64,000 nucleotides of DNA from an uncultured Acidobacteriota bacterium (GCA_963720545.1 OY970399.1:1472001-1536000), one strand, 5' to 3'. Positions 40,572 to 56,858 are shown, counted from the stretch's first letter. The notes: generated from the letters alone by a model not told the origin. A program made the numbers and translations.

Positions 40572-42085
40572 TTGCTGCTGCTGGCCGCGGCCCTGGCGTT
40601 CGCGGTGCGCAGCCGGGGCGAGCGTCGGCCGCATGGCGACGAGAACGGTCCGCGGCTGGTGGTGAGCGGCGACGGCGCCCACGCCACACTCGGCGCGCTG
40701 TCGTTGTCGTCCTGCGAGCTGAGCCAGAAGCAAAGCGGCGCCTCGCAAAAGGCCTTCTGCGGCACGCTGCGCGTGCCCGAGGACCGCGGCGCGCCGGCCG
40801 GCCGCGCCATCGACCTGCGCCTCGCGCTCGTACCCGCATCGGGACAAGGCCCGTCGTCGGACCTCGTGGTGTTCCTCGCCGGCGGACCTGGCCAGGCCGC
40901 GGTCGATGTCTTCCCGGCCGCGGCAGCATCCTTCGAAGACCTCAACCGCGACCGTCATGTGCTGCTGGTCGACCAGCGCGGCACCGGCGGCTCCAACGCG
41001 CTCACCTGCGAGGAGGACGAAGACGAGCTCGACGAGCTCGAGGCCAACTTCGACAAGGCGGTGGTGCGCAAGGCCGCATTGCACTGCCTCGAAACCGTCA
41101 CGCCGCACGCCGATCCGCGGTTCTACAAGACCGAGGACGCGGTCGCCGATCTCGAGGACGTGCGCCGCGCCGCAGGCGGGCCGCGCGTCAACCTGGTGGG
41201 AGTTTCCTACGGCACGCGCCTCGCGCAGCAATACATGAAGGCGCATCCCGAGGCGGTGCGCAGCGTCATCCTCGACAGTGCCGTGCCCAACGGGCTGGCG
41301 CTCGGCGCCGAGTTCGCCGGCAACCTCGACGCGGTGCTGCGCGCGCATTTCGCCCGCTGCGACCGCGACGCCGAATGCCACGAGCGCTTCGGCGATTCGT
41401 ACGCCACGCTCTATCGCCTGCGCGACGAGCTCATGACGCGGCCCGTGGACGTGACCTATCGCGCGCCGCGCACCTATGAAACCAGGACGCGCAAGCTCAC
41501 CGCGCAGGGGCTCGGCGGGCTGGCGCGGCTCTTCGCCTATTCGCCGGAAACGGCGGCGCTGCTGCCGCTGACCATCCACCAGGCCGCGGCGGGACACTAC
41601 GCCGAGCTGATGGCGCAGGCCGACCTCGCGACCGACAGCCTCGGCGACCTCGCCAGCAACGTCATGCAGTTCTCGGTGATCTGCGCCGAGGACCTCGCCG
41701 GGCTCGCGACCCGGCCCGGCGACGAGAAACTGATCCTCGGCGACACCATGGCGCCGTTCCTGCGCGAGGTGTGCGCGGTCTGGCCGCACGGCGAACGCAG
41801 CGCCGCCTTCGGCGAGCCGCTCGCGACCGCAATACCGCTGCTGGTGCTGAACGGCGAGCTCGACCCGGTGACGCCGACGCGCTACGGCGAAGAGATCGTG
41901 AAGGGCGCCACGCGCAGCCGGCTGATCGTCGCGAAGGGGCAGGGACACAGCGTCCTCGGCCGCGGCTGTCTGCCGCAGGTGGCGGCGTCGTTCGTCGCGA
42001 CGCTCGACCCGCAGGGCCTCGAAGTGAGCTGCGTCGAAGAACTTGGGCCGATGCCGGCCTTCGTCGGCTTCTCGGGCGCAACGCC

Positions 42086-42089
<4 letters not shown>
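40572..42089 (+). CDS. secreted alpha/beta hydrolase (TAP-like peptidase)
   Basis: CG.L.VPE, GGPGQ, DQRGTG, GVSYGT, GE.DPVTP, GQGH; start uncertain. Confidence 0.85.
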
Positions 42090-42816
<727 letters not shown>

Positions 42817-42820
<4 letters not shown>

Positions 42821-43992
42821 GCACCGCGCTCATCGTCTTCCTCAAGGAGGTGCGCGAGAACCTGCGCGACCGGCGCACCATCATCAACACGCTCGTCACC
42901 GGGCCGCTGCTCTCGCCGGTGCTGTTCGCCATCATCTTCAACGTCGCGCTGCGCCGCGAATGGACCCGTGCCGAGGCGCCGCTGCAGCTGCCGGTGGCGG
43001 GCGCCGAGCATGCGCCCGGCCTGGTGGAGGCGCTGCGCCAGCAGGGCGCGCGCATCGTCGCGGCTCCGCAGGATCCCGAAGCCGCGGTGCGCAACCAGGA
43101 CGTCGACCTGGTGCTCCGCATCCCGGAGGGCTTCGCCGAATCGTGGCGGCACAGCGAGCCGGCCCGGGTCGAGATCGTCTACGACGCCTCGCAGCGCGAC
43201 AGCTCCACCCCGCGTGCGCGCCTCCAGGGCATGCTCGCGGCATACGGCTCGCGCATCGGCGCGCTGCGCCTGGTGGCGCGCGGCATCACGCCGAGCCTGG
43301 TTGCGCCGATCGCGGTGGCGCAGCGCGACCAGTCGACCTCGCAAAGCCGCTCCGGCCTCGCCTTCGGCATGCTGCCCTACATCTTCATACTGGGCGCGTT
43401 CATGGGCGGCATGGCGCTCGCCATCGACACCACCGCGGGCGAACGCGAGCGCCAGTCGCTGGAGCCGCTGTTCGTGAACCCGGTGTCGCGCACCGCCATC
43501 CTCGCCGGCAAGCTCGGGGCGACCAGCCTGTTCTCGGTCACGACGGTGCTCATGAGCATCACCGCGTTCGCGCTTGCGGTGCCGTTCTTCCCCACCGAGA
43601 AGCTGGGGCTCACGCTCGACCTCGGCCCGCGCTTTGCCTTGCGCGTCATCCTGGTGATGCTGCCGCTCGCGGTGATGGCCTCGGCGCTGCAGACGCTGGT
43701 TTCGGCATACGCCCGCAGCCACCGCGAGGCACAGACCTACCTGTCGCTGCTGATCCTGGTGCCGGTGCTGCCCTCCATCCTGCTGGCGGTGCTGCCGATC
43801 AAGGCGAAGCTGTGGATGTTCGCTGTGCCGCTCATGGGCCAGCACCTTGCGATCCTGCGCCTGCTGCGCGGCGAGGCCCTCACAACAATGGCGATCGCCG
43901 TGTGCGTCGCCGCCACCGGCGCCGCCGCCCTGCTCGCGTGCGCCGCAACCGCGGTCATCTACCGCCGCGAACGGCTCGCGATCTCCGCCTAG
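42817..43992 (+). CDS. ABC-2 permease (NatB-like)
   Basis: KE.RE.LRDRRT, AIDTTAGERERQSLEPL, GK; multiple TM helices. Confidence 0.88.
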
Positions 43993-44003
43993 GCGCTGGA
44001 GGG

Positions 44004-45149
44004 TCAGGCCCTTTCCAGGTGCTTCGCCAGCTCGTCGAGGCTCGCCAGGTTGTGGACCGGGAGGAAGTCGTCAACATACGGCAGCGCCGTCTGCATGCCC
44101 TTCGTCAGCGGTTCGTACTCAGGGTCGCCGAGCAGCGGGTTGAGCCAGATGACGCGGTGCGCGCCGCGCCGCAGGCGCGCCATCTCGTCGCGCAGCAGCG
44201 CTTCGTCGCCGCGGTCCCAGCCGTCGCTGATCAGCAGCACCACCGCGCTGCCGATGCGCACCCGCCGGCCCCACTCGAAGTTGAAGGCATGCAGCGCCTC
44301 GCCGATGCGCGTGCCCCCGGACCAATCGGGGACCGCCTTCGCGGCGCGTGCCAGCGCCGCGTCGACGCGGCCGCTGCGCAGCTCGCGTGTGAGGCGGGTG
44401 AGGCGCGTGCCGAAGGCGAACGTCTCGACGCTGCGCGCGTTCTCCTCGAGTGCAAATGCCAGCAGCAGCAGCATGCGCGTGTAGCGCTCCATCGAGCCGC
44501 TGATGTCGGCGAGGATCACCAGCGGGCGCGGCCGCTGGCGGCGTGCCAGGCGGCGCAGCGCCAGCACCTCGCCGCCGTGGCGCAGCGAGTGGCGCAGCGT
44601 GCGCCGCAGGTCGAGCCGCCCGCCGCGGCCGGGACGGCGGCGGCGGGAGCGGCGGGTGCGCGCCACTAGCGAGCGCGCCAGCAGCAACCGCTCGACCTGT
44701 TCGCGTTCGGCGCTGTCGAGTTCGGCGAAATCCTTGGTGCGCAGCAGTTCCTGCTGGCTGTAGGTCGCAGTCACCTGCAGCAGGCGGTCAGAGACGTCCT
44801 CGCTGCCGGGGTCGGCTTCGCCTGGGGCGAGCGGAGGCGGTTGCGCCGTCTTCTCGAAGCGCGGCTTGCGGAACCGCCGGCGCTCCCCCAACGAACGCAG
44901 GTCGAGGGTGGTGGCCGCGTCGGCCGGCTTGCGCCAGAACGCCTCGAACGCGTCGTCGAACACGGCGATCTGCTCGGGGCGGCGCACCACCAGGGTGCGC
45001 AGCGCCGAGCGCACGTCGGCGCGGCGCGTGATGTCCACGTGGTTCAGCGCCAGGACGGCGTCGGCCGCGGTCGCTGGCCCGAACTCGAAGCCGAGGCCGC
45101 GCAGCACGCCGCCGAACAGGACGACGTTGTGAAGGATTGCGCTCGTCAG
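44004..45149 (-). CDS. VWA-domain protein CoxE-like (probable CTG start)
   Basis: DISGSME MIDAS, WSGGTRIG, SDGWD, WLNP; downstream of MoxR with CTGA overlap. Confidence 0.88.
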   Translation of the reverse strand: MTSAILHNVVLFGGVLRGLGFEFGPATAADAVLALNHVDITRRADVRSALRTLVVRRPEQIAVFDDAFEAFWRKPADAATTLDLRSLGERRRFRKPRFEKTAQPPPLAPGEADPGSEDVSDRLLQVTATYSQQELLRTKDFAELDSAEREQVERLLLARSLVARTRRSRRRRPGRGGRLDLRRTLRHSLRHGGEVLALRRLARRQRPRPLVILADISGSMERYTRMLLLLAFALEENARSVETFAFGTRLTRLTRELRSGRVDAALARAAKAVPDWSGGTRIGEALHAFNFEWGRRVRIGSAVVLLISDGWDRGDEALLRDEMARLRRGAHRVIWLNPLLGDPEYEPLTKGMQTALPYVDDFLPVHNLASLDELAKHLERA

Positions 45150-46024
45150 GCGCTGACCCGCGCGAGCAGGTCCTTGGTCCCCGTGCCGCGCACCTTGACG
45201 ACGTCTTCCTGGTACTTGAGGACGACGCCGAGCGTGTCGTCCACCACCGTCGGGTCGAGGCGCCGCTGCCCCAGCGCTACAAGCGCCGCGGCCCAGTCGA
45301 GCGTCTCGGCGATACCCGGCCGCTTGAAGAGCTCGGCGCGCCGCAGCTCCTGGATGAAGCCGGCGACTTCGCTTGCCAGCTGCTCCTCGGCAGCGGGCAC
45401 CTTGCGGCGCACGATCGCAAGCTCGGTGGCGAAGTCGGGATAGTCGATCCACGCGTACAGGCAGCGCCGCTTCAGCGCGTCGTGGATCTCGCGCGTGCGG
45501 TTCGAGGTGATGACGACCACCGGACGGTGCGCGGCGGTGATGGTGCCGATCTCGGGCACGCTCACCTGGAAATCGGAGAGCACCTCGAGCAGGTACGCCT
45601 CGAACTCCTCGTCGGCGCGGTCCACTTCGTCCACCAGCAGCACGCTGGCGCGCCCGCCGCCGCCCTCGATCGCGCGCAGCAGCGGGCGACGCAGCAGGAA
45701 ACGGTCGGCGAACAGGTCGGCCTCGTCGGGCTTCTCGCCGCGCGCCTCCAGCGAGCGGATGTGCAGCAGCTGGCGCGCGTAGTTCCACTCGTAGACGGCG
45801 TTGTGGACATCCAGGCCCTCGTAGCACTGCAGGCGGATCAGCTCGGTGTCGAGGATGGCGGCCAGCACCTTGCCCACCTCGGTCTTGCCGACACCCGCCT
45901 CGCCCTCGAGGAACAGCGGCCGGCCGAGCCGAAGCGCCAGGAAGATCGAGGTCACGAGGCTGCGCGGAGCGAGGTAGTCTGCCGCGCGCAGGGCCGCGTC
46001 GAGAGCGTCGATCGTCTCCGGCAT
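45146..46024 (-). CDS. MoxR AAA+ ATPase CoxD-like
   Basis: EGEAGVGKTE, RLQCYEG, YEWNY..Q, DEVDR, TSNRTRE.HDALKRRC. Confidence 0.92.
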   Translation of the reverse strand: MPETIDALDAALRAADYLAPRSLVTSIFLALRLGRPLFLEGEAGVGKTEVGKVLAAILDTELIRLQCYEGLDVHNAVYEWNYARQLLHIRSLEARGEKPDEADLFADRFLLRRPLLRAIEGGGGRASVLLVDEVDRADEEFEAYLLEVLSDFQVSVPEIGTITAAHRPVVVITSNRTREIHDALKRRCLYAWIDYPDFATELAIVRRKVPAAEEQLASEVAGFIQELRRAELFKRPGIAETLDWAAALVALGQRRLDPTVVDDTLGVVLKYQEDVVKVRGTGTKDLLARVSA

Positions 46025-46113
46025 GCCGTTCCGCGGCTCGGCTTCGCCCTTCCTCAGCACCATCTGGCAGCAGGCTAGCACCGCCGGTGTCGAGTAACCT
46101 CGTGGGTCCACCC

Positions 46114-47914
<1,801 letters not shown>

Positions 47915-47940
<26 letters not shown>

Positions 47941-48589
47941 ATGCCACCGCGGCCAGGAGCCCGCCGCCGATGAAGCCGAGCACGATGGTGAAGGCCACCC
48001 AGAACACGAGCTGCGGGAAGAACCCGAGCCACAGGTAGCGCGACAGCAGCGGCATCGCCTGGACGGTGTCGAATCCGGCGTAGTCGTAGTGCGTGCCCCA
48101 GTTGCCGCGCATCGCCAGCAGCATGACGATCGCCACCGGCACGCGAGCCGCATAACCGTAGGCGAGCAGCACACGGCCGAGCGCCGGCCAGGCACGCCAC
48201 GCGATCGCGGCCGAGATGACCATCACCAGCCAGATGACGAGGAGGCGAGCGTGCAGGGGCATGGCGATGGCCGGCACCAGGAAGCGCAGCGCCGCCACCG
48301 CAAAGATGGCGCCGAGGACGCCGTAGCGAAAAACGCTGAGCCCGGAGCCGCGCGGCCGCTCGCCCGCCCGCAGCAGCTTCCAGGCGAAGAAGGCGCCGAA
48401 CGGCAGCGGCAGCCAGCTGATGCCGACGAGCCAGCTGACGCCGGTGGGAAAGATGCCCTGCGCCTCGGTTGCAAACAAGCGCGCGGAAAAGCCGCTGCGC
48501 TCGCCCCAGAGGCGCAGCAGCGTCACGCCCAGGGTGATGAGTGCCGGCCAGGCGATGACGACGAGCCGCCTGGCGTGCGCCGTCGTCAG
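47915..48589 (-). CDS. hypothetical multi-pass membrane protein (probable CTG start)
   Basis: About 6 hydrophobic helices, NWGTHYD loop; CTGA overlap with coxM stop. Confidence 0.6.
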
Positions 48590-49452
48590 GAGCGCGCCGC
48601 GGCCAGCGCCGCGCCGAGTGCGCGCTTCGCCAGCACGGTTGCGAGATGCGCCCGATACTCGGCCGATGCGTAGTGGTCGGACATCCCGTCCTTGAGCGCC
48701 GCGGAAACCTTCTCCGCCGCTGCCGCGATGGCCGCGCCGTCCATCGCCTTGCCCGTCAACATCCCTTCGGCTTCGCGGGCGCGCACCGGCGTGCCGGTGG
48801 CGCCGCCGACAGCGATGGCGCACCTCGAACACTTGCCGTCCTGCAGCGTGACGAAGGCACCCACTCCGACCACGGCGTAGCCGGAGGCCGGATGGCGATG
48901 CTTCTCGTACGCGGCACCCGAGCCCTTGCCGTATCCCGGCACCTTCACGGCAGTGACGATCTCGTCGGCCGCGAGAGAGGTGGTGAAGATGTCGACGAAG
49001 AAGCCATCGGCGCCGATCTCGCGCGTGCCCTTCGCTCCGGTCGCCACCAGCTTCGCGCCGAGCAACATCATGAGCGTCGGCAGGTCGGCGCCCGGGTCGG
49101 CGTGCGCCAGAGACCCGCCGATGGTGCCCCGGTTGCGCACCTGCGCGTCGCCGATGTGCTTGATCGTTTCCACCAGCACCGGGCATGCCTTTGCGACCGC
49201 GGGCGACGCGGCGATAGCGGCATAGGTGGTCATGGCGCCGATGGTGAGGTCCGCGCCGCCGGCTTCGATCGACGCGAGCCCCGGTATGCGGCCGATGTCG
49301 ACGAGCGCGCCCGGGCTCGCCATGCGCAGCTTCATCGCTGGCAGCAGGCTGTGGCCGCCGGCCAGCACCTTGGCCTCCTTGTTCGCCTGCAGCAGCGCGA
49401 CGGCCTCCGCGACCGTCGTCGGACGGTGGTACGAGAAGTTGGTGGTGTACAT
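48586..49452 (-). CDS. coxM: FAD-binding medium subunit, CoxM/xanthine dehydrogenase family
   Basis: AGGHSL.P.MKLR, QVRNRGTIGGS.AH.DP.AD. Confidence 0.9.
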   Translation of the reverse strand: MYTTNFSYHRPTTVAEAVALLQANKEAKVLAGGHSLLPAMKLRMASPGALVDIGRIPGLASIEAGGADLTIGAMTTYAAIAASPAVAKACPVLVETIKHIGDAQVRNRGTIGGSLAHADPGADLPTLMMLLGAKLVATGAKGTREIGADGFFVDIFTTSLAADEIVTAVKVPGYGKGSGAAYEKHRHPASGYAVVGVGAFVTLQDGKCSRCAIAVGGATGTPVRAREAEGMLTGKAMDGAAIAAAAEKVSAALKDGMSDHYASAEYRAHLATVLAKRALGAALAAARS

Positions 49453-49455
49453 CGC

Positions 49456-51813
49456 TCAGGCTCCCTTGCGCGCGTCGCGCATCGCTGTCCAGACCTTCTG
49501 CGGCGTCAGCGGCATGTCGATCTTCACGACTCCCAGCGGCGCCAGCGCATCCATCACGGCGTTGTAGACCGCTGGAGTGGAGGCAATGGTGCCCGTCTCG
49601 CCGATGCCCTTGACGCCGAGCGGATTGACGTTGGTGGTCGTCTCCGTCATGCCGAGCTCGAACTTCGGGAAGTACTCGGCCTTGGGTAGCGCGTAGTCCA
49701 TCATGGTGCCGGTGACCAGCTGGCCGTCGTCGGTGTAGATGGCGCCTTCCCAGAGCGCCTGGCCGATGCCCTGCACGATGCCGCCGTGGATCTGGCCCTC
49801 GACGATCATCGGGTTGATGACGCGGCCGCAATCGTCCACGGCGATGTAGCGCTTCAGGGCGATCTCGCCGGTCTCGGCGTCGATCTCCACCACCGCGATG
49901 TGCGCGCCGAACGGATAGACGAAGTTCGGCGGGTCGAAGAAAGCCGATGCCTCGAGTCCGGGCTCGAGGTCCTTCGGGTAGTTCCAGGCAACGTTCGCCA
50001 TGAGCGCGATGTCCTGGATGGTCTTCGACTTCGCCGGCGAACCCTTGACGAAGAACTTGCCGTCGAGATAGTCGATGTCGTCGGCCGAAGCCTCGAGCAG
50101 GTGCGCGGCGACTATCTTGCACTTGTCCTTGATCTTCTTCACCGCGTTCGCCAGTGCGCCGCCGCCAACCGCAGTGGTGCGGCTGCCGTAGGTGCCCCAG
50201 CCCTGCGGCGTCTGCGAGGTGTCGCCGGCATAGACCGTGACGTCGTCGGTGGAAACGCCCAGCTCGCTCGCGACGATCTGTGCGAACGTCGTTTCCTCGC
50301 CCTGGCCATGCGGCTTGGTGCCGATCATGACGTGCACCTTGCCGGAAGGATGGAAGCGCACGATGGCGCTCTCCCAGAGCCCGCCGCCGAAGCCGACGGC
50401 GCCCGCCACCTGCGACGGCCCGAGCCCGCAGATCTCGGCGTAGGTGCAGATGCCGATTCCCATGATCTTGCCGTCGCGGCGCTTGTCGCCCTGCTGCTTG
50501 CGCAGCGCCGGGTAGTCGGCCATCCCGAGCGCCTTGTCGAAGGCGCCGATGTAGTTGCCGCTGTCGTAGCTGAGGCCGGTGGCGACGGCGTGACCGTCGC
50601 TGAACGGCGCGATGAAGTTGCGCTTGCGCAGCTCCGCTGGATCGACCTTGAGTTTCATAGCCATCAGGTCCACGAGCCGCTCCACGAGGAACGTGGCCTC
50701 GGGCCGGCCGGCGCCGCGGTAGGCGTCGACGGGGGTGGTGTTGGTGAAGACGCCGTAGACGTCTTCGTGGATGTTCGGAATGTTGTAGACGCCCGAGAGC
50801 ATCAGGCCGTGCAGGATGGTTGGCACTCCCGGCGCGGCGGTGGAGAGGTACGCGCCAAGATTCGCCCAGGTGGTGGCGCGCAGGCCGGTGATGATGCCCT
50901 CCCTGGTCGCGCACATCTCGACGTCCTCGATGTGGTCGCGGCCGTGGATCGTCGACTTGTAGTTCTCGGCGCGGGTCTCGGTCCACTTGACCGGCCGGTT
51001 GGTCATCTTCGACGCGAAGATGACCATCGAGTCCTCGGGATAGTGCGGAATCTTGCTGCCGAAGCCGCCGCCGATCTCGGGCGCGATGACGCGGATCTGG
51101 TGCTCGGGGATGCCGGTGTCGAGCGACAGCAGGAAGCGCGCGATATGCGGGTTCTGCGAGGACGCCCAGAGCGTCACCTCGTTCATCGCGGGCGAGTACT
51201 GCGCCAGGCAGGCGCGGGGCTCCATCGCCGTCGGGATCAGGCGCTGGTTGATGATGCGCTCCTTCACCACCACGTCCGCAGCCTGGAACGCGGCCGCCGC
51301 GTCGCCGCCGGCCACAGTCCACTTGAAGCAGATGTTTTCGGGGACCTCGGCGTGCAGCTGCGGCGCGCCCGGCTGGGTGGTCTTGAAGGCGTCGACCACC
51401 GTGCCGAGCGGCTCATAGTCGACCTCGACGGCGTCGACGCCGTCGCGCGCGGCATAGCGGCTCTCGGCGATCACCACCGCCACCGCATTGCCGACGTAGC
51501 GCACCGTGTCGATCGCGATGGGCTCGTAGGGCGGCATCTTGATGTTGGCGTTCGGCACGGCCCACGCGCACGGGATGGGACCGAAGCCGGCATCCTTCAT
51601 CTGCTGGCCGGTGTAGACGGCGACGACGCCAGGGACGGCGAGCGCCTTGCTGCCGTCGATCGACTTGATGCGCGCGTGCGCATACGGCGAGCGCACCACG
51701 GCCATGTGCGCCATGCCGGGCAGCACGAAGTCGTCCACGTACTTGGCGGCGCCGGTGATCAGGCGCGGATCCTCGCGGCGTTTGATGGCGGAGCCGAAGA
51801 TGCGCGAGCTCAT
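49456..51813 (-). CDS. molybdopterin large subunit, form II CoxL-like
   Basis: RREDPRL.TG, GGGFGSK, active-site loop AYRGAGR (form II, not the AYxCSFR of true CODH), HGQG.ET, GVKG.GE. Confidence 0.9.
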   Translation of the reverse strand: MSSRIFGSAIKRREDPRLITGAAKYVDDFVLPGMAHMAVVRSPYAHARIKSIDGSKALAVPGVVAVYTGQQMKDAGFGPIPCAWAVPNANIKMPPYEPIAIDTVRYVGNAVAVVIAESRYAARDGVDAVEVDYEPLGTVVDAFKTTQPGAPQLHAEVPENICFKWTVAGGDAAAAFQAADVVVKERIINQRLIPTAMEPRACLAQYSPAMNEVTLWASSQNPHIARFLLSLDTGIPEHQIRVIAPEIGGGFGSKIPHYPEDSMVIFASKMTNRPVKWTETRAENYKSTIHGRDHIEDVEMCATREGIITGLRATTWANLGAYLSTAAPGVPTILHGLMLSGVYNIPNIHEDVYGVFTNTTPVDAYRGAGRPEATFLVERLVDLMAMKLKVDPAELRKRNFIAPFSDGHAVATGLSYDSGNYIGAFDKALGMADYPALRKQQGDKRRDGKIMGIGICTYAEICGLGPSQVAGAVGFGGGLWESAIVRFHPSGKVHVMIGTKPHGQGEETTFAQIVASELGVSTDDVTVYAGDTSQTPQGWGTYGSRTTAVGGGALANAVKKIKDKCKIVAAHLLEASADDIDYLDGKFFVKGSPAKSKTIQDIALMANVAWNYPKDLEPGLEASAFFDPPNFVYPFGAHIAVVEIDAETGEIALKRYIAVDDCGRVINPMIVEGQIHGGIVQGIGQALWEGAIYTDDGQLVTGTMMDYALPKAEYFPKFELGMTETTTNVNPLGVKGIGETGTIASTPAVYNAVMDALAPLGVVKIDMPLTPQKVWTAMRDARKGA

Positions 51814-52313
51814 GCCGCCCCGCCCTTCTTCTCGGCGGCCGTCGCGGCCGACATCTTCGGCGCGGCGGCGGCGATGGCCGCGACGATGTTCTGGTAGCCG
51901 GTGCAGCGGCAGAGGTTGCCCTCGAGGCCGCGCCTGATTCCGTCCTCGCTGGGCGCCGGGTTGTTCTTGAGGAGGTCGCAGGCCGAGAGGATCATGCCCG
52001 GCGTGCAGAACCCGCACTGCAGCCCGTGCTTCTCCCAGAACGCTTCCTGCAGCGGGTGCAGCTTGCCATTCTGCGCGAGACCCTCGATGGTGGTGACGCT
52101 GCTGCCGTCGGCTTGCACCGTGAGCAGCGTGCACGACTTCACCGAAGCGCCGTCGAGCAGCACGGTGCAGGCACCGCAGGTGCTGGTGTCGCAGCCGACG
52201 TTGGTGCCGGTGAGGCCGACCGTTTCGCGCAGGTAGTGCACGAGCAACTGGCGCGACTCCACCTCCGCGCTCTTTTTCGCGCCGTTGACGGTGATGGTGA
52301 CGGTTTGTTTCAT
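51810..52313 (-). CDS. coxS: 2Fe-2S small subunit CoxS-like
   Basis: [28 protein letters not shown]. Confidence 0.92.
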   Translation of the reverse strand: MKQTVTITVNGAKKSAEVESRQLLVHYLRETVGLTGTNVGCDTSTCGACTVLLDGASVKSCTLLTVQADGSSVTTIEGLAQNGKLHPLQEAFWEKHGLQCGFCTPGMILSACDLLKNNPAPSEDGIRRGLEGNLCRCTGYQNIVAAIAAAAPKMSAATAAEKKGGAA

Positions 52314-52336
52314 GGGCGGCCCCCCGGGGCGAATTG

Positions 52337-53671
52337 CTACGAAACGACTGCCTGGTCGGTGATCTCGAGTCCTTTGTCGATGATGGCGAACGCGTCGTCC
52401 AGCTGCGCCTCGGTGATGATCAGGGGCGGGTTGGTGAAGAACGTGTTCCAGCGGACGAAAGTATAGAGGCCGTTGTCACGGAAGAAGCGGCCGAGCGCCG
52501 CCATTTCTTCCGAGGCGCCGTTGAAGGGCGCCATCGGCTCCCAGGTCTTGCGGTTGCGGACGATCTCGAAGATGCCGAACAGGCCGATGTTGCGGGTCGC
52601 CCCCACGGAGGGGTGCTTTGCCTCCATGTCACGCATGCGGCGGCGCAGCGACTCCCCCATCTTCGCGGCGCGCTCGATGAGCTTCTCGTCCTCGTAGACC
52701 GCGATCGTCGCGAGCGCCGCGGCGCAGGCGAGCGGATGGCTGTTGTAGGTGAGGCCACCGGGGAACGCCTTTTCCTGGAACACCTTCGCGATGGCGGGGC
52801 GCATGCCGACGGCACCCAGCTGCACGTAGGCCGCGGTGATGCCCTTGGCCATGGTGATGAGGTCGGGCACGACGCCCCAGTTGTCGATCGAGAACCACTT
52901 GCCGGTGCGGCCGAAGCCGGCCATCACTTCGTCGGCGATGAGGAAGATGCCGTGCTTGTCGCAGATGGCGCGCAGCCCCTGCATGTAGCCGTCGGGCGGG
53001 ATCAGGATGCCGTTGGTGCCGACCACGGGTTCGACGATGACGGCGGCGATGTTCTGGCCGCCTTCGTAGCGAATCACTTCCTCGATGGCGTCCAGCGCGT
53101 CGGCGACCGGCTCCGGGTCTTTCTTCCCCCACTTGTGGAAGTCGGGGATGCGCACGATGCCGGGGATGCTCGGCTCGGCCGCCCAGCGGCGCGGGTCGCC
53201 GGTGAGCGCGATGGCGCCCGCGGTGCCGCCGTGGTACGAGCGGTAGCGCACCAGCACCTTGTGGCGGCCGGTCACGACGCGTGCCACGCGGATGGCGTTC
53301 TCGTTGGCTTCGGCGCCGCCGTTCGTGAAGAAGAACGTGTCGATGTCGCCGGGCGTGATTTCCGCGAGCTTACGGCCGAGGCGCGCGCGCGGTTCGGTCG
53401 CCATGAACGGGTTGGCGTAGGCGAGTTTCGCCACCTGGTCCTGGATCGCCTTGATGACCTTCGGGTGCGAGTGGCCGATGTTGGTGCACATCAGCTGGCT
53501 GTTGAAGTCGATGAAGCGCTTGCCTTCGGGCGTGTAGAAGTAGATGCCCTCGGCACGTTCCACGGGGATGGGATCGACCTTCGTCTGGACCGACCATTCG
53601 AAGATCGTGTGCTTGCGGCACAGTGCGACGATCTCCTGACCGGACATGGTGGGCGCAGCAGCGGTGGTCAT
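52337..53671 (-). CDS. class III (omega-amino acid) aminotransferase
   Basis: GGAEANE, SYHG, DEVM.GFGRTG, PDL...AKG, GLTY..HP. Confidence 0.9.
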   Translation of the reverse strand: MTTAAAPTMSGQEIVALCRKHTIFEWSVQTKVDPIPVERAEGIYFYTPEGKRFIDFNSQLMCTNIGHSHPKVIKAIQDQVAKLAYANPFMATEPRARLGRKLAEITPGDIDTFFFTNGGAEANENAIRVARVVTGRHKVLVRYRSYHGGTAGAIALTGDPRRWAAEPSIPGIVRIPDFHKWGKKDPEPVADALDAIEEVIRYEGGQNIAAVIVEPVVGTNGILIPPDGYMQGLRAICDKHGIFLIADEVMAGFGRTGKWFSIDNWGVVPDLITMAKGITAAYVQLGAVGMRPAIAKVFQEKAFPGGLTYNSHPLACAAALATIAVYEDEKLIERAAKMGESLRRRMRDMEAKHPSVGATRNIGLFGIFEIVRNRKTWEPMAPFNGASEEMAALGRFFRDNGLYTFVRWNTFFTNPPLIITEAQLDDAFAIIDKGLEITDQAVVS

Positions 53672-53687
53672 GACAGCGAACTCTCCT

Positions 53688-55073
53688 TCAAGACGAGCGT
53701 GATTTCCAGATCAGATATGCGGGCAGCCCCAGGGCCGAGATGCCAAGGCCCAGGAACGCGTTCCGCGGGTCGGCCACCGGGATGTAGACGAGGAAGAACA
53801 AGGACACCAGTATGAACAATGCCGGCGTCACCGGGTAGCCAAACGTGCGGTACGGGCGGGCCAGGTTCGGCTGCTTGCGGCGCAGCACGAAGAGCGAGAC
53901 GACCACCAGCGTGTTGAAGAGCAGCGACGAGAACGCGGTGAGCGTCAACAAGTCGCTGTAGGTGCCGGAGAGCGTCAACAGCGCGGCAACGCCGCCGGTC
54001 ATGAGGAGGCCCACCCAGGGTGTGCGAAACGTCGGGTGCACCCTGGCGGCCACGGGAAAGAATAGGTTGTCCTTCGCCATCGCGTAGACGATGCGCGCGC
54101 CGGTGAGGATCAGGCCGTTCGCGCAGCCAAAGGTGGACACCAGGATCGCCGCGGCGATGAACGACGCGCCGAGGCCGCCGATCATGCGCCGCGCCGCCTC
54201 GGTCGCAACACTATTCTCGGGAATCGCGGCCATCTCGGTGATCGGCACCGCGTAGAGATATACCGCGACCGCGGCGAGATAGAGCAAGGTCGCGCCGAGC
54301 GTGCCGTAGATGAGCGCGCGCGGCACGTTCTTCTCGGGTTCGCGAACCTCTTCGGCGACGAACGTGATGACGTACCACGCGTCGTAGGCGAAGAGCGCCT
54401 TCGCCATCGCGCCGGCGAGCGCAGCGAACAGGCCGATCTTCAGCCCTTCCGGCCCGAGCGTCAGTCCAGTCAGCGGCCGCCAATGCCCGGTTGACCCGCC
54501 GCCGAGGAACAAGGCGAATAGAACGAGCCCCAGCAGGCCCGCAATCTTCGCCAGCGTGAACACGTTCTGCACGTTCGCGCCGAGGCGCAGGCTGCGAATG
54601 TTGACCCAAGTCAGCACCACGATGATGCCGACCGCCACCGGCTGCGCGGCGTTGAAACTCATGCCGCCGACACGGAACAGGACGTTCTGCTCGCCCACCG
54701 CCGGCAGGAAGAAGGCGAGCGTCTTGGCAAAGGCGACGCACACCGCGGCGATCACGCCGGTGATGATGGCGAGGAAGTAGGTCCAGCCGTAGAGAAAGCC
54801 CATGAGCGGCCCGAACGCCTCGCGGATGAATACGTACATCCCACCCGAGCGCGGATACATGCCGCCCAGTTCCGCCGCCGAGAGCGCGCCGCAGAGGGTG
54901 AGCACGCCCCCCAGCACCCAGAGGCCGATGAGGAGCCCGGGCGTCTGCAGGAAGCCGGCCATGATCGACGGCGCGAAGAAGATGCCGGAGCCGATGACGC
55001 CGCCGATCAGGATCATGGTGGCGTCGAGGAGCCCGAGCCCGCGCACGAGCGACGGCGACGTTTGTGTGCTCAC
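53688..55073 (-). CDS. APC-family amino acid permease
   Basis: GGVIGSGIF, AELG...P.SGG.Y, FAYDAW, EE...P.KN.P, RPYR..GYP; start GTG 55073 or 55112. Confidence 0.9.
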   Translation of the reverse strand: MSTQTSPSLVRGLGLLDATMILIGGVIGSGIFFAPSIMAGFLQTPGLLIGLWVLGGVLTLCGALSAAELGGMYPRSGGMYVFIREAFGPLMGFLYGWTYFLAIITGVIAAVCVAFAKTLAFFLPAVGEQNVLFRVGGMSFNAAQPVAVGIIVVLTWVNIRSLRLGANVQNVFTLAKIAGLLGLVLFALFLGGGSTGHWRPLTGLTLGPEGLKIGLFAALAGAMAKALFAYDAWYVITFVAEEVREPEKNVPRALIYGTLGATLLYLAAVAVYLYAVPITEMAAIPENSVATEAARRMIGGLGASFIAAAILVSTFGCANGLILTGARIVYAMAKDNLFFPVAARVHPTFRTPWVGLLMTGGVAALLTLSGTYSDLLTLTAFSSLLFNTLVVVSLFVLRRKQPNLARPYRTFGYPVTPALFILVSLFFLVYIPVADPRNAFLGLGISALGLPAYLIWKSRSS

Positions 55074-55192
55074 AAGTGAGCGGAGGCTACTCCCCGGCGG
55101 AAGTTTCGTCACGACCCCGTCTCGCGTGATGAGATGAGTGCGTGCAACAGCGCCGCCGGTCGGCGATACTCTGGCTTACGCGAGAGGAAAAC

Positions 55193-56686
<1,494 letters not shown>

Positions 56687-56700
56687 CGGCCGCGCCATTA

Positions 56701-56844
56701 AGGGGCGCTGAGGCGTCCGCAGCGCGGGCTTGGAGGCCCGCGACTCTAATGAAGGTCTTTCCAGTACCGCGGGCCGACTGAGCGAGGCCGAGTATTTTCC
56801 TGCGAGGCCCGAGCGCCCCGCGCTGAGGACGCCTCGGCGCCCTT
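56701..56844 (+). ncRNA. candidate structured RNA / structured repeat element C, copy 2
   Basis: 18-bp outer stem aggggcgctgaggcgtcc/ggacgcctcggcgccctt, cagcgcgg/ccgcgctg and ggcccgcg/cgcgggcc; homologous to 2456-2589. Confidence 0.55.
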
Positions 56845-56858
56845 GGCCCGGACGAGAA

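Noticed and set aside
49456..51813. Bona fide aerobic CO dehydrogenase
   Set aside because: The active-site loop is AYRGAGR and the gene order is S-L-M, both form II features.
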